In this document: one piece after another, positions 51,172 to 61,930 of the stretch
Layout: every line of letters begins with the position of its first letter
Position numbering within the stretch: the first letter of the stretch is position 1
Position numbers and translations under genes: made by a program
Assembly (NCBI GenBank): GCA_963743305.1
Contig: CAVUPH010000019.1
Coordinates: 1 to 64,000 of the forward strand
Direction: 5' to 3'
From: an uncultured delta proteobacterium
GTDB lineage: Bacteria; Desulfobacterota; RBG-13-43-22
Length of the DNA: 64,000 nt
The notes under the pieces: model-generated
The model's database searches: none
Seen by the model: only the letters and a program-made list of their open reading frames with translations
Told to the model about the DNA's origin: nothing

Positions 51172-52262
51172 TTAGGTGGGTTTTGGCGGGTGGGACAGGG
51201 GGATTTGAAAAAGGATTTCGGTTCCTCGATTGGGTAGCGAGGATAGCTCCATTCGTCCATTTACCATCCGAATACGTTCTTCCAGCCCTATCCGCTCCCA
51301 GGCTTCCTCGGGACCGTCCCCTGGGCGGTCCTCCTTTCTTTGCCCGGTTTCAGAAATGAAGAGCTGGAGGGCATCCTCCCCCACGGTGAGCCTAACGGTA
51401 ATTTGGGCGGCCTGGGTCTGGCGCAGGACTTCTTGGACCAGCCGGAAGGAGGCGATTTCTACTTCCGGGGCAAAACGTACCGACGGCGGTTCGGCGGAAA
51501 ACGCTATAACACTTCCGGTCCGTTGGGACTCGTGGTCGATATGCCGGCGGAGGGCGGGAATCAATCCCAGCTCATCCAGGATCGGGGGGCGTAACTCCAT
51601 TGAAAGCCGGTTAATCTGCCGCCAGACCCGGTCAATCAATTTTATACTTTCATTGACCGGGATCGACCGGTCGACAGGGTTGGGAAGGGCCAAGGCGGCT
51701 TGGAGATTGACTTGAGCGGTGAAGAGGGCTGGACCGATTTCAACCTGCAATTCCCGGACGATCTGTTGCCTTTCCGCTTCCTGGGCTTCGATTAAGTGCC
51801 GTGATAGCAGGCGGAGCCGGTCCCGGCTGGTTCGCAGGTCTCCGGATGGCCTCTCCGCGGCCCGGGATAGTTTCTGGAATCCCTCGTCAGCCCTCCGGCC
51901 TTCAGGTATTTCCGAGATGAGGTGAACGGCCCCGATCAACCGACCGGATTCGTCGAAGAAGGGATCGGCGCTGAGGTTTAAGGTGCGGCCGTTTAAAGAC
52001 AATACCAGGGTTTCTTTTCGCAGGCTTTGTCGCATGCGGCTGACCGGGCAACCGGGGATGGGTTCCGGGTTTCCGTGAACCAGTTGGCAGCAGGAAAATC
52101 CCAATATTTGATCCGCCGGTTTTTTTAGAAGTTCTACCATGGCCTGGTTATAGTTCAAAATCCGGCCTTCCAGATCCAATAGGCAAACGGCTTCAGGGAG
52201 GGAATCAAAAATACTTTGCCAGGGCTGGGAAATTGCCTTATTGTTCTGTTCCATGATCATTG
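51172..52262 (-). CDS. PAS-domain NarX/UhpB-type histidine kinase homolog with degenerate catalytic motifs; start uncertain
   Basis: PAS with CCQLVHG...PGCPV; AQEAERQQIVRELQVEIGPAL in place of RELHDE; LRPPILDELGL retained. Confidence 0.75.
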
Positions 52263-52501
52263 TCTGGGTCTTCCTTCGGGGAATAGGCCTGTAAAACCCA
52301 ACAAAGGCCCGGTTCATACCTTCTTGAAAAGAGTACAGGTATTCTGCCATACCCTCAGGGGAGAGATCAACTCATTTCCCCGGTTTTCCCGCCTAATTTT
52401 TAAAGGGCGTTGAATGAATCTCGTGAGTATGATAGTAAACCTCCATGCCTTAGAGGGCACCCCGAAGCATGGAAATTTGTTTTTAAGCTTAAGCCTTAGC
52501 T

Positions 52502-52589
52502 CGTCATTCCGGACAAGCGAAGCGTGATCCGGAATCCAGGGCCGTCGAAGCCCCAACGCCCTGGATTCCGGATCAAGTCCGGCATGACG
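52502..52589. repeat. Palindromic repeat, second copy of the 18459-18555 family
   Basis: CGTCATTCCGGACAAGCGAAGCG.GATCCGGAATCCAG...CTGGATTCCGGATCAAGTCCGGCATGACG. Confidence 0.85.
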
Positions 52590-52629
52590 GCCAAAAAGCT
52601 GTGTTTGTCCTTTATTTTCGGATTAAATT

Positions 52630-54699
52630 ATGACCGTTCTCCATCCGGCCGCGGAGCGTTACCTGAACATCCCCGGCAGCCTGATCGCCTGGGTCCTGCT
52701 GATCGTGGCCTTAATACTGTTCTCTTTTTCAATGTACCGGCGCCTCTTTTTGCTCCGCTCCGGGCAGCCGGACCCCCGCTGGGGCAACTGGAAGGAACGA
52801 GCCCGGGGATTGCTTGTTTTTGGAATTCTCCAAAAAAGACAGCCCCGGTATTTCTGGTCCGGGGTGATCCACTTTCTTATTTTTTGGGGGTTTATGGTCC
52901 TCGGGCTTCGGTCGCTGGATCTGATCGTGCAAGGCTTGGGAGGCGGGACCGCCCTGCCTTTTTTTAAAAGCGGATTAGGATCCTTTTACAGCAGCCTCAA
53001 GGATTTGTTCGAACTGACCGTCCTGGGCGCCTGTATTTGGGCTATCTTTCGTCGGGCGGTGCTCCGGCCTGCCCGGTACGAGCTGGAGAACGGCCGAGGG
53101 CCTGGCTGGGAGGCTTACCTGGTCCTGTCCCTGATTGGTTTCCTGATGCTTACGGATATGTTTTTTGAAGGGGGCACGCTCCTTTTGTCCCCCTCCGCTC
53201 CGGGCTGGCGTCCGTCGGCCGGCCTAGCCGCCTCGGTTTTGTCCGCCCTGGATGAAACCGAGATCAAAAACGTTTCCCTTCTCGCTTACTGGGCCCATTA
53301 TTTGGCCTTCTTTATTTTTTTAAATTTTCTCCCCCTGGCCAAGCACTTCCATATTCTTACGGCCCTGCCCAATATCTTTCTGCGCAAGCTCAAAAAGGGG
53401 TCCCTCAAGCCGGCCCGCTGGGGGATGGAGAACTTGGAAGAAATGGAAAACCTGGGCGTTGGTCGTCTCGAGGATTTTACCTGGAAGCACCTCCTGGATT
53501 TATTTACCTGCACCGAATGCGGACGCTGCTCGGACCAATGCCCGGCCAAGGCGGTAGGGCGTCCCCTTTCGCCCAAGATGATCACCCTCAAGCTCCGGGA
53601 TTACGCTTACCGGAAAGTCCCCGTGTTTTCCCTCGGCCGCTCGACATCCGCTACAGAGCCAGCAGAGGATCGGAAGGAAAAAGAAGACTCCGAAGGCGCC
53701 CTGATCGGGGAGGTGATCACCTTCGCTGAAATCTGGTCCTGTACCACTTGTGGGGCCTGCGAAGAAGAGTGTCCGGTCTTTATCGAATACATCGATAAAA
53801 TGATTGATATGCGGCGCCACCTCATTGAAACCGCCCAAAATCCCAAGACCTTTAATTCGATTCTGACTCATGTGGAAAAGACCGGCAATCCCTTCGGCAA
53901 ACCACCTAAAAAGCGGGCCGATTGGATCAAGGAGATCGCGGATGTTCCGGTCAAGGTCCTGAAAGAAGGGGATGAGACGGACGTTCTTTATTTTGTGGAC
54001 AGCTATGCCTCTTACGATCCCCGGGTGCAGGCCGTAGCCCAGGCCGTCGTTCGAGGATTGAGTCTGGCCGAGGTGGACTTCGGGATCCTGGGCGCGCGGG
54101 AGAAGGACTCGGGCCATCAGGTCCGCCGCCTGGGTGAAGAAGGGCTTTTTCAGTTGCTCCGGGAGGAGAACCTGGAAATCCTTCAATCTTGCCGGTTCAA
54201 ACAAATAGTCACCACGGATCCCCATGCCTTCAATACGCTAAAAAATGATTATCCGGGGAACCTGCCGGTGGGGCATTATACCCTGTTTTTTCGGGATTTG
54301 CTGGCTTCCGGCCGGTTAAAGCCGAAAAAAATAATCGACGGGCAACCGCTTTACACGTATCATGACCCCTGTTACCTGGGTCGGCACAATGAGATTTATG
54401 AAGCCCCCCGGGAAATCCTCAACCGCCTTCCGGGGTTGAAGTGGGTGGAGATGACGCGTTGCCGGGACCGCAGCTTTTGCTGCGGGGGCGGGGACGTCAA
54501 TCTCTGGCACGAGATCGAAGGGGAAACGATGCGCCCGGCGGCCAGGCGCCTGGAGATGGCCCTGGAAGCGGGTGTCGGGGGGATTGTTACGGCCTGCCCC
54601 TTCTGTTTATTGAACCTGGAGGATGCGGTCAAGACCGCGGGCCTGGAAGATGAAATGAAGGTGGTTGACCTGATGGAATTGTTGGTGTCGACCCTGTAG
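52630..54699 (+). CDS. Membrane-bound Fe-S oxidoreductase (FadF/HdrD-like, candidate ETF:menaquinone oxidoreductase)
   Basis: N-terminal TM helices, CTECGRCSDQCP and CTTCGACEEECP, YHDPCYLGRHN, FCCGGG, TACPFC. Confidence 0.9.
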   Translation: MTVLHPAAERYLNIPGSLIAWVLLIVALILFSFSMYRRLFLLRSGQPDPRWGNWKERARGLLVFGILQKRQPRYFWSGVIHFLIFWGFMVLGLRSLDLIVQGLGGGTALPFFKSGLGSFYSSLKDLFELTVLGACIWAIFRRAVLRPARYELENGRGPGWEAYLVLSLIGFLMLTDMFFEGGTLLLSPSAPGWRPSAGLAASVLSALDETEIKNVSLLAYWAHYLAFFIFLNFLPLAKHFHILTALPNIFLRKLKKGSLKPARWGMENLEEMENLGVGRLEDFTWKHLLDLFTCTECGRCSDQCPAKAVGRPLSPKMITLKLRDYAYRKVPVFSLGRSTSATEPAEDRKEKEDSEGALIGEVITFAEIWSCTTCGACEEECPVFIEYIDKMIDMRRHLIETAQNPKTFNSILTHVEKTGNPFGKPPKKRADWIKEIADVPVKVLKEGDETDVLYFVDSYASYDPRVQAVAQAVVRGLSLAEVDFGILGAREKDSGHQVRRLGEEGLFQLLREENLEILQSCRFKQIVTTDPHAFNTLKNDYPGNLPVGHYTLFFRDLLASGRLKPKKIIDGQPLYTYHDPCYLGRHNEIYEAPREILNRLPGLKWVEMTRCRDRSFCCGGGDVNLWHEIEGETMRPAARRLEMALEAGVGGIVTACPFCLLNLEDAVKTAGLEDEMKVVDLMELLVSTL

Positions 54700-54746
54700 A
54701 TTTTCTTGGTTGTTCGCTTTTGGGCGGGTACCCAGCATAGTGGGTA

Positions 54747-54959
54747 TGGCTGCCGGGTCTCAGCAAAAGGGTCTTCCCTATTGCTTTTTAGGTTTTAACC
54801 CTGTCCCCGTGTTTTCAAATCTTCCCGGAGTCAGGGCCATCCTGGGAGCCGTCAAAAGACTCGGATTACGGGCCTGCATCAAATAAAATTAACAGCTTCA
54901 GCCCGGATTCGAAGTCTGGAGTACTTTTGGAAAACCCTTTTGCTGAGACCCGGCAGCCA
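54747..54959. mobile_element. MITE-like element, copy 2 (213 bp, 31-bp terminal inverted repeats, one mismatch)
   Basis: TGGCTGCCGGGTCTCAGCAAAAGGGTCTTCC ... GGAAAACCCTTTTGCTGAGACCCGGCAGCCA; interior homologous to copy 1. Confidence 0.75.
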
Positions 54960-55114
54960 CGAGGCCCGGTTTCAAACTAGGCCTTCCCGCCCCCGGGAAC
55001 GTCCCGAAGGATGAAATTGACTGGGAGGCAATAGACTAACTAATGGATATAAATAATTAATAATCAATTGTTAATAATTAGTTATTAATGAATGTCTAGG
55101 CAGGAGGATACCCT

Positions 55115-55894
55115 TTGAATATTATTGTTTGTGTAAAACGGGTCCCTTTCACCCAGGAGGTGGACCTGGAAATCGAGTCCGGTAAAAAAGAGGTGGACCG
55201 GGAATCCCTGGCTTACGTCATCAATGACTGGGACCACTATGCCATTGAAGAGGCCGTTTATCTGAAAGAGCAGGGGGAGGGAACGGTCACGGCCATTACC
55301 ATCGGACCGGAGGAGGATGAGGAGGTCCTCCGGCGGTGTCTGGCCATGGGGGCCGATCAGGCCCGGCGCATCGATCCCGGGGAGCGAACCCTGGACGGCG
55401 GCGGAACGGCCCGGGTGTTGGCCCGGGTCATAGCCGCTATTCCCTTTGACCTGATTTTATGCGGTGTCCAGGCGGAAGACGACAACCAGGGGATGGTGGG
55501 AATCATGCTGGCCGAACACCTCGGTCTGGCCCACGCGGCGGTGGTCACCGGCATCGAAACCCGGGGAGAAGAGTTGATCGTTCAATGCGAGTTGGAAGGC
55601 GGGATGGACGAGCGTTCGAAGATAAAGCTCCCGGCCCTTTTGACCGTTCAGACCGGCATCAACGAGCCCCGTTATGTTTCCATCATGGGGATCAAAAAGG
55701 CGACCAAGAAACCACTGGAGGTGATCCCCCTGGCCGACCTGAATTTTTCTTCGGACGACCTGGCTCCGCAAGTCCTTATGGATGAAGTTTTTCTCCCGCC
55801 GGAGACCGGCGGCGCCGAAATGATCAGCGGCGACCCGATGCAGGCGGCGGAAAAGATCCTGCAAATACTAAAAGAAAAGGGGGTGAGGGCCTGA
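55115..55894 (+). CDS. etfB: Electron transfer flavoprotein beta subunit
   Basis: IIVCVKRVP, NDWDHYAIEEA, LAMGAD, INEPRY. Confidence 0.95.
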   Translation: MNIIVCVKRVPFTQEVDLEIESGKKEVDRESLAYVINDWDHYAIEEAVYLKEQGEGTVTAITIGPEEDEEVLRRCLAMGADQARRIDPGERTLDGGGTARVLARVIAAIPFDLILCGVQAEDDNQGMVGIMLAEHLGLAHAAVVTGIETRGEELIVQCELEGGMDERSKIKLPALLTVQTGINEPRYVSIMGIKKATKKPLEVIPLADLNFSSDDLAPQVLMDEVFLPPETGGAEMISGDPMQAAEKILQILKEKGVRA

Positions 55895-56865
55895 TGGAAG
55901 GAATCTTCGTAGTGGTGGAGCACCGCCAGGGGAGGGTTCGAGATATCTCCCTGGAGATGCTCTCCAAGGCCGGCGAATTGAAGAATGACCTGGGCGGCGA
56001 TCTAACGGCCGTCCTGCTGGGTTGGGAAACCGGGCCGCTGATTGAAGCCTTAAAGGGGCGGGCCGACAGGATCCTGGTGATCGAAGACGAGCGGGTAAAA
56101 TTTTTTGAGGCCGAGGTTTACAAAACGATCCTCCGGCAACTGATTCAGGAATTTCAACCGGCCCTGACCCTGATCGGCCAGACCTCCTGGGGACTGGACC
56201 TGGCCCCCTGCCTGGCGGTCCAAATGGGTTTCCCCTTGGTCACGGATTGCCTGGATATTAAGATCGAGGCCGGAAAGCCTACGGCCCTGCGCCAGATATA
56301 CGGTGGTAAAGTATTTGCCCGGGTCTCTATGAAGGAATCCACCGGGTATCTGGCCACCATTCGGCCGGGCGCTTTTTCACCTGACCCGGCAGGAGACCGT
56401 CCGACCGAAGTGGTCAAAATAGAATTCCCGCCGGGACTGCCGGAAAGTAAAAGGCAGATCCTGGAATTGGTCGAGTCGGAAGCCGGGGAGGTGGATATTG
56501 CCCAGGCCGAATTTCTGGTTTCAATAGGTCGGGGTGTGGGCGAAGAAGAAAACCTGGCCCAGGTCCGGGAACTGGCCCGGTCGCTGGGGGCCGTGCTGTC
56601 CTGTTCCCGGCCGATTGTGGACAAGAAGTGGTTGCCCAAGTACCACCAGGTTGGCACCTCGGGCAAATCGGTCAAGCCCAAGGTCTACCTGGCGTTGGGC
56701 ATCAGCGGGGCCTTTCAGCACCTGGCCGGGATCGGCGGCGCCGGTACCGTAATCGCCGTCAACAAGGACCCCAAGGCCCCGATTTTTCGGGTAGCCCAGT
56801 ACGGCGTGGCCCAGGATATTTTTAAGATCATCCCGGCATTGAGGGAACAAATAAGCAGGAATTAG
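55894..56865 (+). CDS. etfA: Electron transfer flavoprotein alpha subunit
   Basis: VSIGRG, CSRPIVD, QVGTSGKSV, GISGAFQH, NKDPKAPIF. Confidence 0.95.
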   Translation: MEGIFVVVEHRQGRVRDISLEMLSKAGELKNDLGGDLTAVLLGWETGPLIEALKGRADRILVIEDERVKFFEAEVYKTILRQLIQEFQPALTLIGQTSWGLDLAPCLAVQMGFPLVTDCLDIKIEAGKPTALRQIYGGKVFARVSMKESTGYLATIRPGAFSPDPAGDRPTEVVKIEFPPGLPESKRQILELVESEAGEVDIAQAEFLVSIGRGVGEEENLAQVRELARSLGAVLSCSRPIVDKKWLPKYHQVGTSGKSVKPKVYLALGISGAFQHLAGIGGAGTVIAVNKDPKAPIFRVAQYGVAQDIFKIIPALREQISRN

Positions 56866-56980
56866 ATTCTTGTATCCATTCTTCTGAGAATTTGTCTTTA
56901 GCAAAGGATGTAAGAATTTAATATAAAAAAATTGCAGATTTTTTTGGCTAATATTCACCGCCACGACGCAAAGGAACCCC

Positions 56981-58126
56981 ATGGATTTTACTTTGAGCAA
57001 AGAACAACAGGATATCATCAAGGCCGCCCGGGAGTTCGCCCGCAAGGAGTTTCCGGAAAGGGCCCTGGAGTTTGACCGTACTGAAACCTTTGATTTGACC
57101 CTTTGGAAAAAGGCCTGTGAACTGGGTTTCGTGGGCGTTTTCATCGACGAAAAGTATGACGGGGCCGGCTACGGCTTTCTGGAGCACTGCCTGATTACCG
57201 AGGAATTCTGGGCCGTGGACCCGGGGATCGGACAGGCCATCCTATCCGCCACCTTCGGGGCCGAACTGCTACTATTGTTTGCCCAGGAGGACCAGAAGGA
57301 ATGGATCCTTCCCGAATTGGTTTCCGGAGAGGCCCTGCTGGCTACGGCCATCACCGAACCGGATGCCGGATCGGATGTGACCGGGGCTTCCACTGCCGCG
57401 GTGCAACAGGGGGACCAGTGGGTGATCAACGGCTCCAAAATGTTCATCACCAACGGAGACCTGGCCAAGTATGCGATCGTCTATGCCCTGACCAATCCGG
57501 ACCATCCCTCCCGGCATTCCCGTCACAGCTTTATCATCGTGCCCACCGATCAGCCCGGTTTCCAGGCCAACAAAATCCACGGGAAGCTGGGCATCCGGGC
57601 CTCGGATACGGCGGAATTGGTTTTTTGCGACGTCAAGGCGCCCCTTTCCAATCTGATAGGGGAAGAGGGGGAGGGGTTTCATCAATTGATGGCCTTCTTC
57701 AACCGGACCCGCCTGCACATCTGCGCCCAGGGTGTGGGGTTGGCCCGGGCGGCCCTGGAGGAGAGTATCCGCTACACCAAGAAGCGCCACCAGTATGGGG
57801 TTCCACTGGCCTCCTTCCAGGCCACCCAATTCAAGCTGGCCGAAATGGCCACCCGGATCCGGGCCGCCCGCAATATGTATTACGAGGCCGCCTGGCTGAT
57901 GGATAACGGGGTGGTAGATCACGCCCTGATCGCCATGGCTAAGTGGTTTTCCGGGGAGATGGCCGTGCGCGCCGCCGACGAAGCCCTGCAGATGCACGGG
58001 GGCTATGGCTATATCGACGAATACAAAGTACAGCGCCTCTACCGGGATTGCAAGATCCTGGAGATCTACGAAGGCACCAAGGAGATTGAAAAATCAATCG
58101 TGGCCCAGTCCATTTTGGGAATGTAG
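56981..58126 (+). CDS. Acyl-CoA dehydrogenase
   Basis: AITEPDAGSD, INGSKMFITNG, KLGIRAS, QMHGGYGY, YEGTKEI. Confidence 0.95.
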   Translation: MDFTLSKEQQDIIKAAREFARKEFPERALEFDRTETFDLTLWKKACELGFVGVFIDEKYDGAGYGFLEHCLITEEFWAVDPGIGQAILSATFGAELLLLFAQEDQKEWILPELVSGEALLATAITEPDAGSDVTGASTAAVQQGDQWVINGSKMFITNGDLAKYAIVYALTNPDHPSRHSRHSFIIVPTDQPGFQANKIHGKLGIRASDTAELVFCDVKAPLSNLIGEEGEGFHQLMAFFNRTRLHICAQGVGLARAALEESIRYTKKRHQYGVPLASFQATQFKLAEMATRIRAARNMYYEAAWLMDNGVVDHALIAMAKWFSGEMAVRAADEALQMHGGYGYIDEYKVQRLYRDCKILEIYEGTKEIEKSIVAQSILGM

Positions 58127-58521
58127 CGGTTCCCCGTCGATCGCCTGCGAGCTTTTCCCGACGGTTCTCCTGTCCCCCGGTTTTTGGTGCGATGGATGGG
58201 GGAAGGCTGCGCCGCATTGTAGACTTTTTCGATCCCCCTGTCCGAGACAGAAACGGGGGGATCGGTTAAAGCCGGTTCTTCAGGTTATTGCGCTGGTCCA
58301 CCCCTAGACAAAGTCCAGTCTTGCCATTCTTCCCTCAAGCGCTTCTCTCCCTTCCCATGAAAGACCAGCGGTTCCCGCGTAAGTAGTCCTTTTCTTTGTC
58401 GCCGATCACGTTACCTTTCGGCACTCATTAGCAACGCGCCAGCGATCATTGACCCTGGAGAATTTCCTTTTTGCTATTAAATTTCATCAAGTTATACATA
58501 GTGAAACGTAACCGGGAGTTT

Positions 58522-58538
58522 CTGGCCTAATGTTTGCT
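58522..58538 (+). promoter_or_regulatory. Sigma-54-type promoter (distal)
   Basis: CTGGCCTAATGTTTGCT: GG-N10-GC spacing. Confidence 0.5.
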
Positions 58539-58674
58539 AATGGGTATCAATAACAAGAAAGGATACTGCTATTTAAACGTTAATGTTAATTAACGTTAAC
58601 GATACATATAACTAATAAAGTATTATTTTATTGTTGTAAATTAATAATTTCAGTAAGTTGTATAATAAATTGTT

Positions 58675-58691
58675 TTGGTATATTTATTGCT
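58675..58691 (+). promoter_or_regulatory. Sigma-54-type promoter (proximal)
   Basis: TTGGTATATTTATTGCT: GG-N10-GC spacing, downstream of an AT-rich tract. Confidence 0.55.
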
Positions 58692-58937
58692 CATAATAAC
58701 CATAAATATATATTACCTAACAAAAAGCAAGTGTTCTTAGTCTGAGATGAGGGGAGGTGAAATCCTAAAAAAAGATTTAAAGCCCATTTATCCTTTGGGC
58801 TTGCAAGAATTACCCGGGTTTTCTTTGGGCAAGCATGCCACGTTACTAGATCCGCTAAACAGGAACTGCCTCTCTCCAGGCTTTAACGTATCCGGTGTCA
58901 ATCAATTAATTAACTCACCCCTTCAGGAGGTTTTCTT

Positions 58938-59831
58938 ATGAACATATCAAGGCGTGATTTTCTGAAATATTGCGGTATATCGGCGGCGGCCGTGGGATTG
59001 TCAACCAGCGAACTCGGCTTGCTGGAAAAGGCCTTGGCGAGTCCTACCGGACCATCGGTCATCTGGCTGCAGGGCAGCGGTTGTACCGGATGTTCCGAAT
59101 CCTTCCTCAATCGCATAGCCACCGACGGTCCGCAGACGGCTGCAAATGTGCTGGTCGAGGCCATCAACCTGGTTTATCACCCGAACCTCATGGCCCTGGC
59201 GGGTCAGGATGCTGTGGCCCAAGCCGAGGCGGCCTACAATAAAGGAGGATACCTGCTGGCGGTGGAGGGCGGGATTCCGACCGCCTTCGGCGGAAGGGCC
59301 TGTTATGCCTGGACCTATAATGAGCAGGAAGTCACCTTCGAGTCGGCAGTGCAGACCCTGGCCGCCAAGGCGGCCGGAATCCTGTGCATCGGGACCTGCG
59401 CTGCCTGGGGAGGAATCCCGGCAGCACCGCCGAACCCCACCGGTGTCATGGGGGTCAAGGCGCTGACCGGCAAGGACACCATCAACATCCCCGGCTGTCC
59501 CACCCATCCCGATTGGATCGTCTGGGCGGTGGTTCAACTGCTATTGGGTAATTCGATTGCTCTGGACAGCTTCGGCCGGCCCACCCAATTTTTCGGCTCC
59601 ACGGTGCACGATCTCTGCCCTCGAAATGGAAGCACCAAGGCCACGACCATCGGGGTGGACAATAATTGTCTGATGGATTTGGGCTGCCGGGGTCCAGTGA
59701 CCATGGCCAATTGTCCTCAACAGAAATGGAACAACCAGGTCAACTGGTGTGTCGATGCCAATGCGCCCTGCATCGGCTGTACCGAGCCCGGGTTTCCGGG
59801 CACGGATCCCTTTTACGCCCCCGGTGTGTAA
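58938..59831 (+). CDS. Periplasmic [NiFe] hydrogenase small subunit (Tat signal)
   Basis: SRRDFLK, GCTGCSES, GTCAAWGG, PGCPTHP, HDLCPR, LGCRGP, WC......CIGC; no C-terminal membrane anchor. Confidence 0.95.
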   Translation: MNISRRDFLKYCGISAAAVGLSTSELGLLEKALASPTGPSVIWLQGSGCTGCSESFLNRIATDGPQTAANVLVEAINLVYHPNLMALAGQDAVAQAEAAYNKGGYLLAVEGGIPTAFGGRACYAWTYNEQEVTFESAVQTLAAKAAGILCIGTCAAWGGIPAAPPNPTGVMGVKALTGKDTINIPGCPTHPDWIVWAVVQLLLGNSIALDSFGRPTQFFGSTVHDLCPRNGSTKATTIGVDNNCLMDLGCRGPVTMANCPQQKWNNQVNWCVDANAPCIGCTEPGFPGTDPFYAPGV

Positions 59832-59852
59832 TCTATTTAAGGAGGTAGCTCA

Positions 59853-61292
59853 ATGTCGACCAAGATATTTATAGATCCCGTGACCCGTCTGGAAGGACAT
59901 CTCAAGATTGCGGTCACCGTGAATGAAGTGCAAGGCCAACAACAGGTCGTCGATGCCCGGGCCACGGGGACCCTGTTCCGTGGTTTTGAGCAGTTGCTGG
60001 TCGGCCGCGACCCAAGGGATGCCCAGCATCTTACCCAGCGGATCTGCGGCGTCTGCCCCGTGCCCCACGGAATGGCCTCGGTCCTGGCCCAGGACGCCGC
60101 TTTTCAGGTGACGGCCCCCACGAATGCCCGGATCATGCGCAACCTGGTCCTGGGCGCCAATTTTGTGCAGTCCCACATCCTTCATTTCTATCATCTGACC
60201 GCCCTGGATTACCTCGACGGGCCGGCCATGCCGCCCTGGCAGCCCTCCTGGAAAGCGGACAAACGCATCACCGGCGCGACGGCCGCCAATTTAGTAAACC
60301 ATTATGTAACCGCTATCGACATGACCCGCAAGGCCCATGAGATGGGCGCCCTTTTCGGGGGGCGGATGCCGGACCCGGCCGCTTATATCTCCGGGGGGTT
60401 TACGACGACGCCCCGGGCCGACCGGATCTCCAAGTACAAGGCCTACCTCAATGAGTTGATTCCCTTTATCCAAAACGTCTATCTGTCGGACGTGGCCGCC
60501 CTGAGATCGGTCTATTCGGATTATAACACCATCGGAAGGGGATACGGAAACCTGCTGTCCTTTGGGGTTTTCGACCTGGATTCAGAGGGCGAAAGTAAGC
60601 TCCTCCGAAGGGGTCGATCAGCGAGCGGGAGCACCTCCGTGAATTCGATCGATCTGACCCGGATCACCGAATCGGTCCGCTATTCCTGGTATGAGGATGC
60701 CACCACCAATCTGAATCCGGCTGGCGGTCAAACCCTGCCCCATTGTCCCAAAGCCAAGGCCTATTCCTGGCTCAAGGCGCCGCGTTACGACGGCGCTCCT
60801 TATGAGGCCGGTCCGTTGGCCCGCATGTGGGTCAACGGGGATTATCGGCAGGGGATTTCCGTGATGGATCGACACCAGGCCCGGGCCCTGGAAACTTTAA
60901 AAATAGCCCAGGCCCTCCAAACCTGGGTGAACCAGCTTCGGCCGAGTGGAGCGGTCTATACCAAACCTACGATTCCCTCCACCACGGCCTCGGGTATAGG
61001 ACTCACCGAGGCCCCCCGCGGCGCCCTGGGACATTGGCTCCAAACCGCTTCGGGCAAAGTTTCGAGCTATCAGATCATCACCCCCACTTGCTGGAACGCC
61101 TCACCCCGAGACGATGCCAGCCAGATGGGTCCCATCGAAAAGGCCCTGATGGACACGCCGGTCAAAGACCTGAAAGAGCCTGTGGAGGTCCTGAGGGTCA
61201 TTCATTCCTTCGACCCCTGTCTTTCCTGCGCGGTCCATGTCTCCCGACCCAATGAAAAGGCGACGGTCCAGATCATCTCCGGGCAGCGGTAG
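59853..61292 (+). CDS. [NiFe] hydrogenase large subunit (group 1)
   Basis: TRLEGH, RICGVC (L1), EAPRG, DPCLSCAVH (L2) plus a cleavable tail. Confidence 0.95.
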   Translation: MSTKIFIDPVTRLEGHLKIAVTVNEVQGQQQVVDARATGTLFRGFEQLLVGRDPRDAQHLTQRICGVCPVPHGMASVLAQDAAFQVTAPTNARIMRNLVLGANFVQSHILHFYHLTALDYLDGPAMPPWQPSWKADKRITGATAANLVNHYVTAIDMTRKAHEMGALFGGRMPDPAAYISGGFTTTPRADRISKYKAYLNELIPFIQNVYLSDVAALRSVYSDYNTIGRGYGNLLSFGVFDLDSEGESKLLRRGRSASGSTSVNSIDLTRITESVRYSWYEDATTNLNPAGGQTLPHCPKAKAYSWLKAPRYDGAPYEAGPLARMWVNGDYRQGISVMDRHQARALETLKIAQALQTWVNQLRPSGAVYTKPTIPSTTASGIGLTEAPRGALGHWLQTASGKVSSYQIITPTCWNASPRDDASQMGPIEKALMDTPVKDLKEPVEVLRVIHSFDPCLSCAVHVSRPNEKATVQIISGQR

Positions 61293-61298
61293 GTCGGG

Positions 61299-61908
61299 AT
61301 GGAAGGTCAGCAGGAAACCAAAATGAATACGCTGCTGGAAGAACCAGGGATAAAGGCCGAAAGGGGACCGAGGATCCTGATTGCCGGCATGGGCAATATC
61401 CTGCTTAAGGACGACGGCGTCGGAGTTCACGCCGTGAAGCGGTTTCCGCCGGCTGAAAGCGGAGAATATCGGGCCGTCGAGGTAGGGTGTGCGGTGTTTG
61501 ACGCCCTGCACCTGTTTCGATTGGGCGGAGAGGATCCTGCTCATCGATGCCATGCAGGCCGGTGGGCTGCCCGGGACCGTGTACCGGGTCGACAGCCTGA
61601 AGGACATGGATATGGGAACCGCGCCGGTCTCGCTCCATGAGTTTTCCGTGATCCAGGCCCTGGAGATGATTCAAAAAGATCCGATGCCGGCCGTATCGAT
61701 CATCGGCGTCGAGCCGGAGATCATCGACTACGGCCTGGAGCTTTCGGCATCGGTGGAAGCATCCCTCCCCCTGGTCTGGGAGACCGGGCAGGAAATTGTC
61801 CGGAAATGGATAACGGAATTTGAAAATCGAGGTGCCATCGAGATATCCGAGGGATTCCTCGGAAAAAAAACGATTTCGGCGGACCAGACCAGCTTCAGCC
61901 GCCTGTAA
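61299..61908 (+). CDS. Hydrogenase maturation protease, frameshift near 61515
   Basis: GMGNILLKDDGVG, LLIDA, SLHE, IGVEP. Confidence 0.88.
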
Positions 61909-61930
61909 AAATAACAACCCAGGCAAGGAG

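Noticed and set aside
59853-61292. [NiFeSe] hydrogenase
   Set aside because: The L2 motif is DPCLSC with a TGT Cys codon, not TGA.
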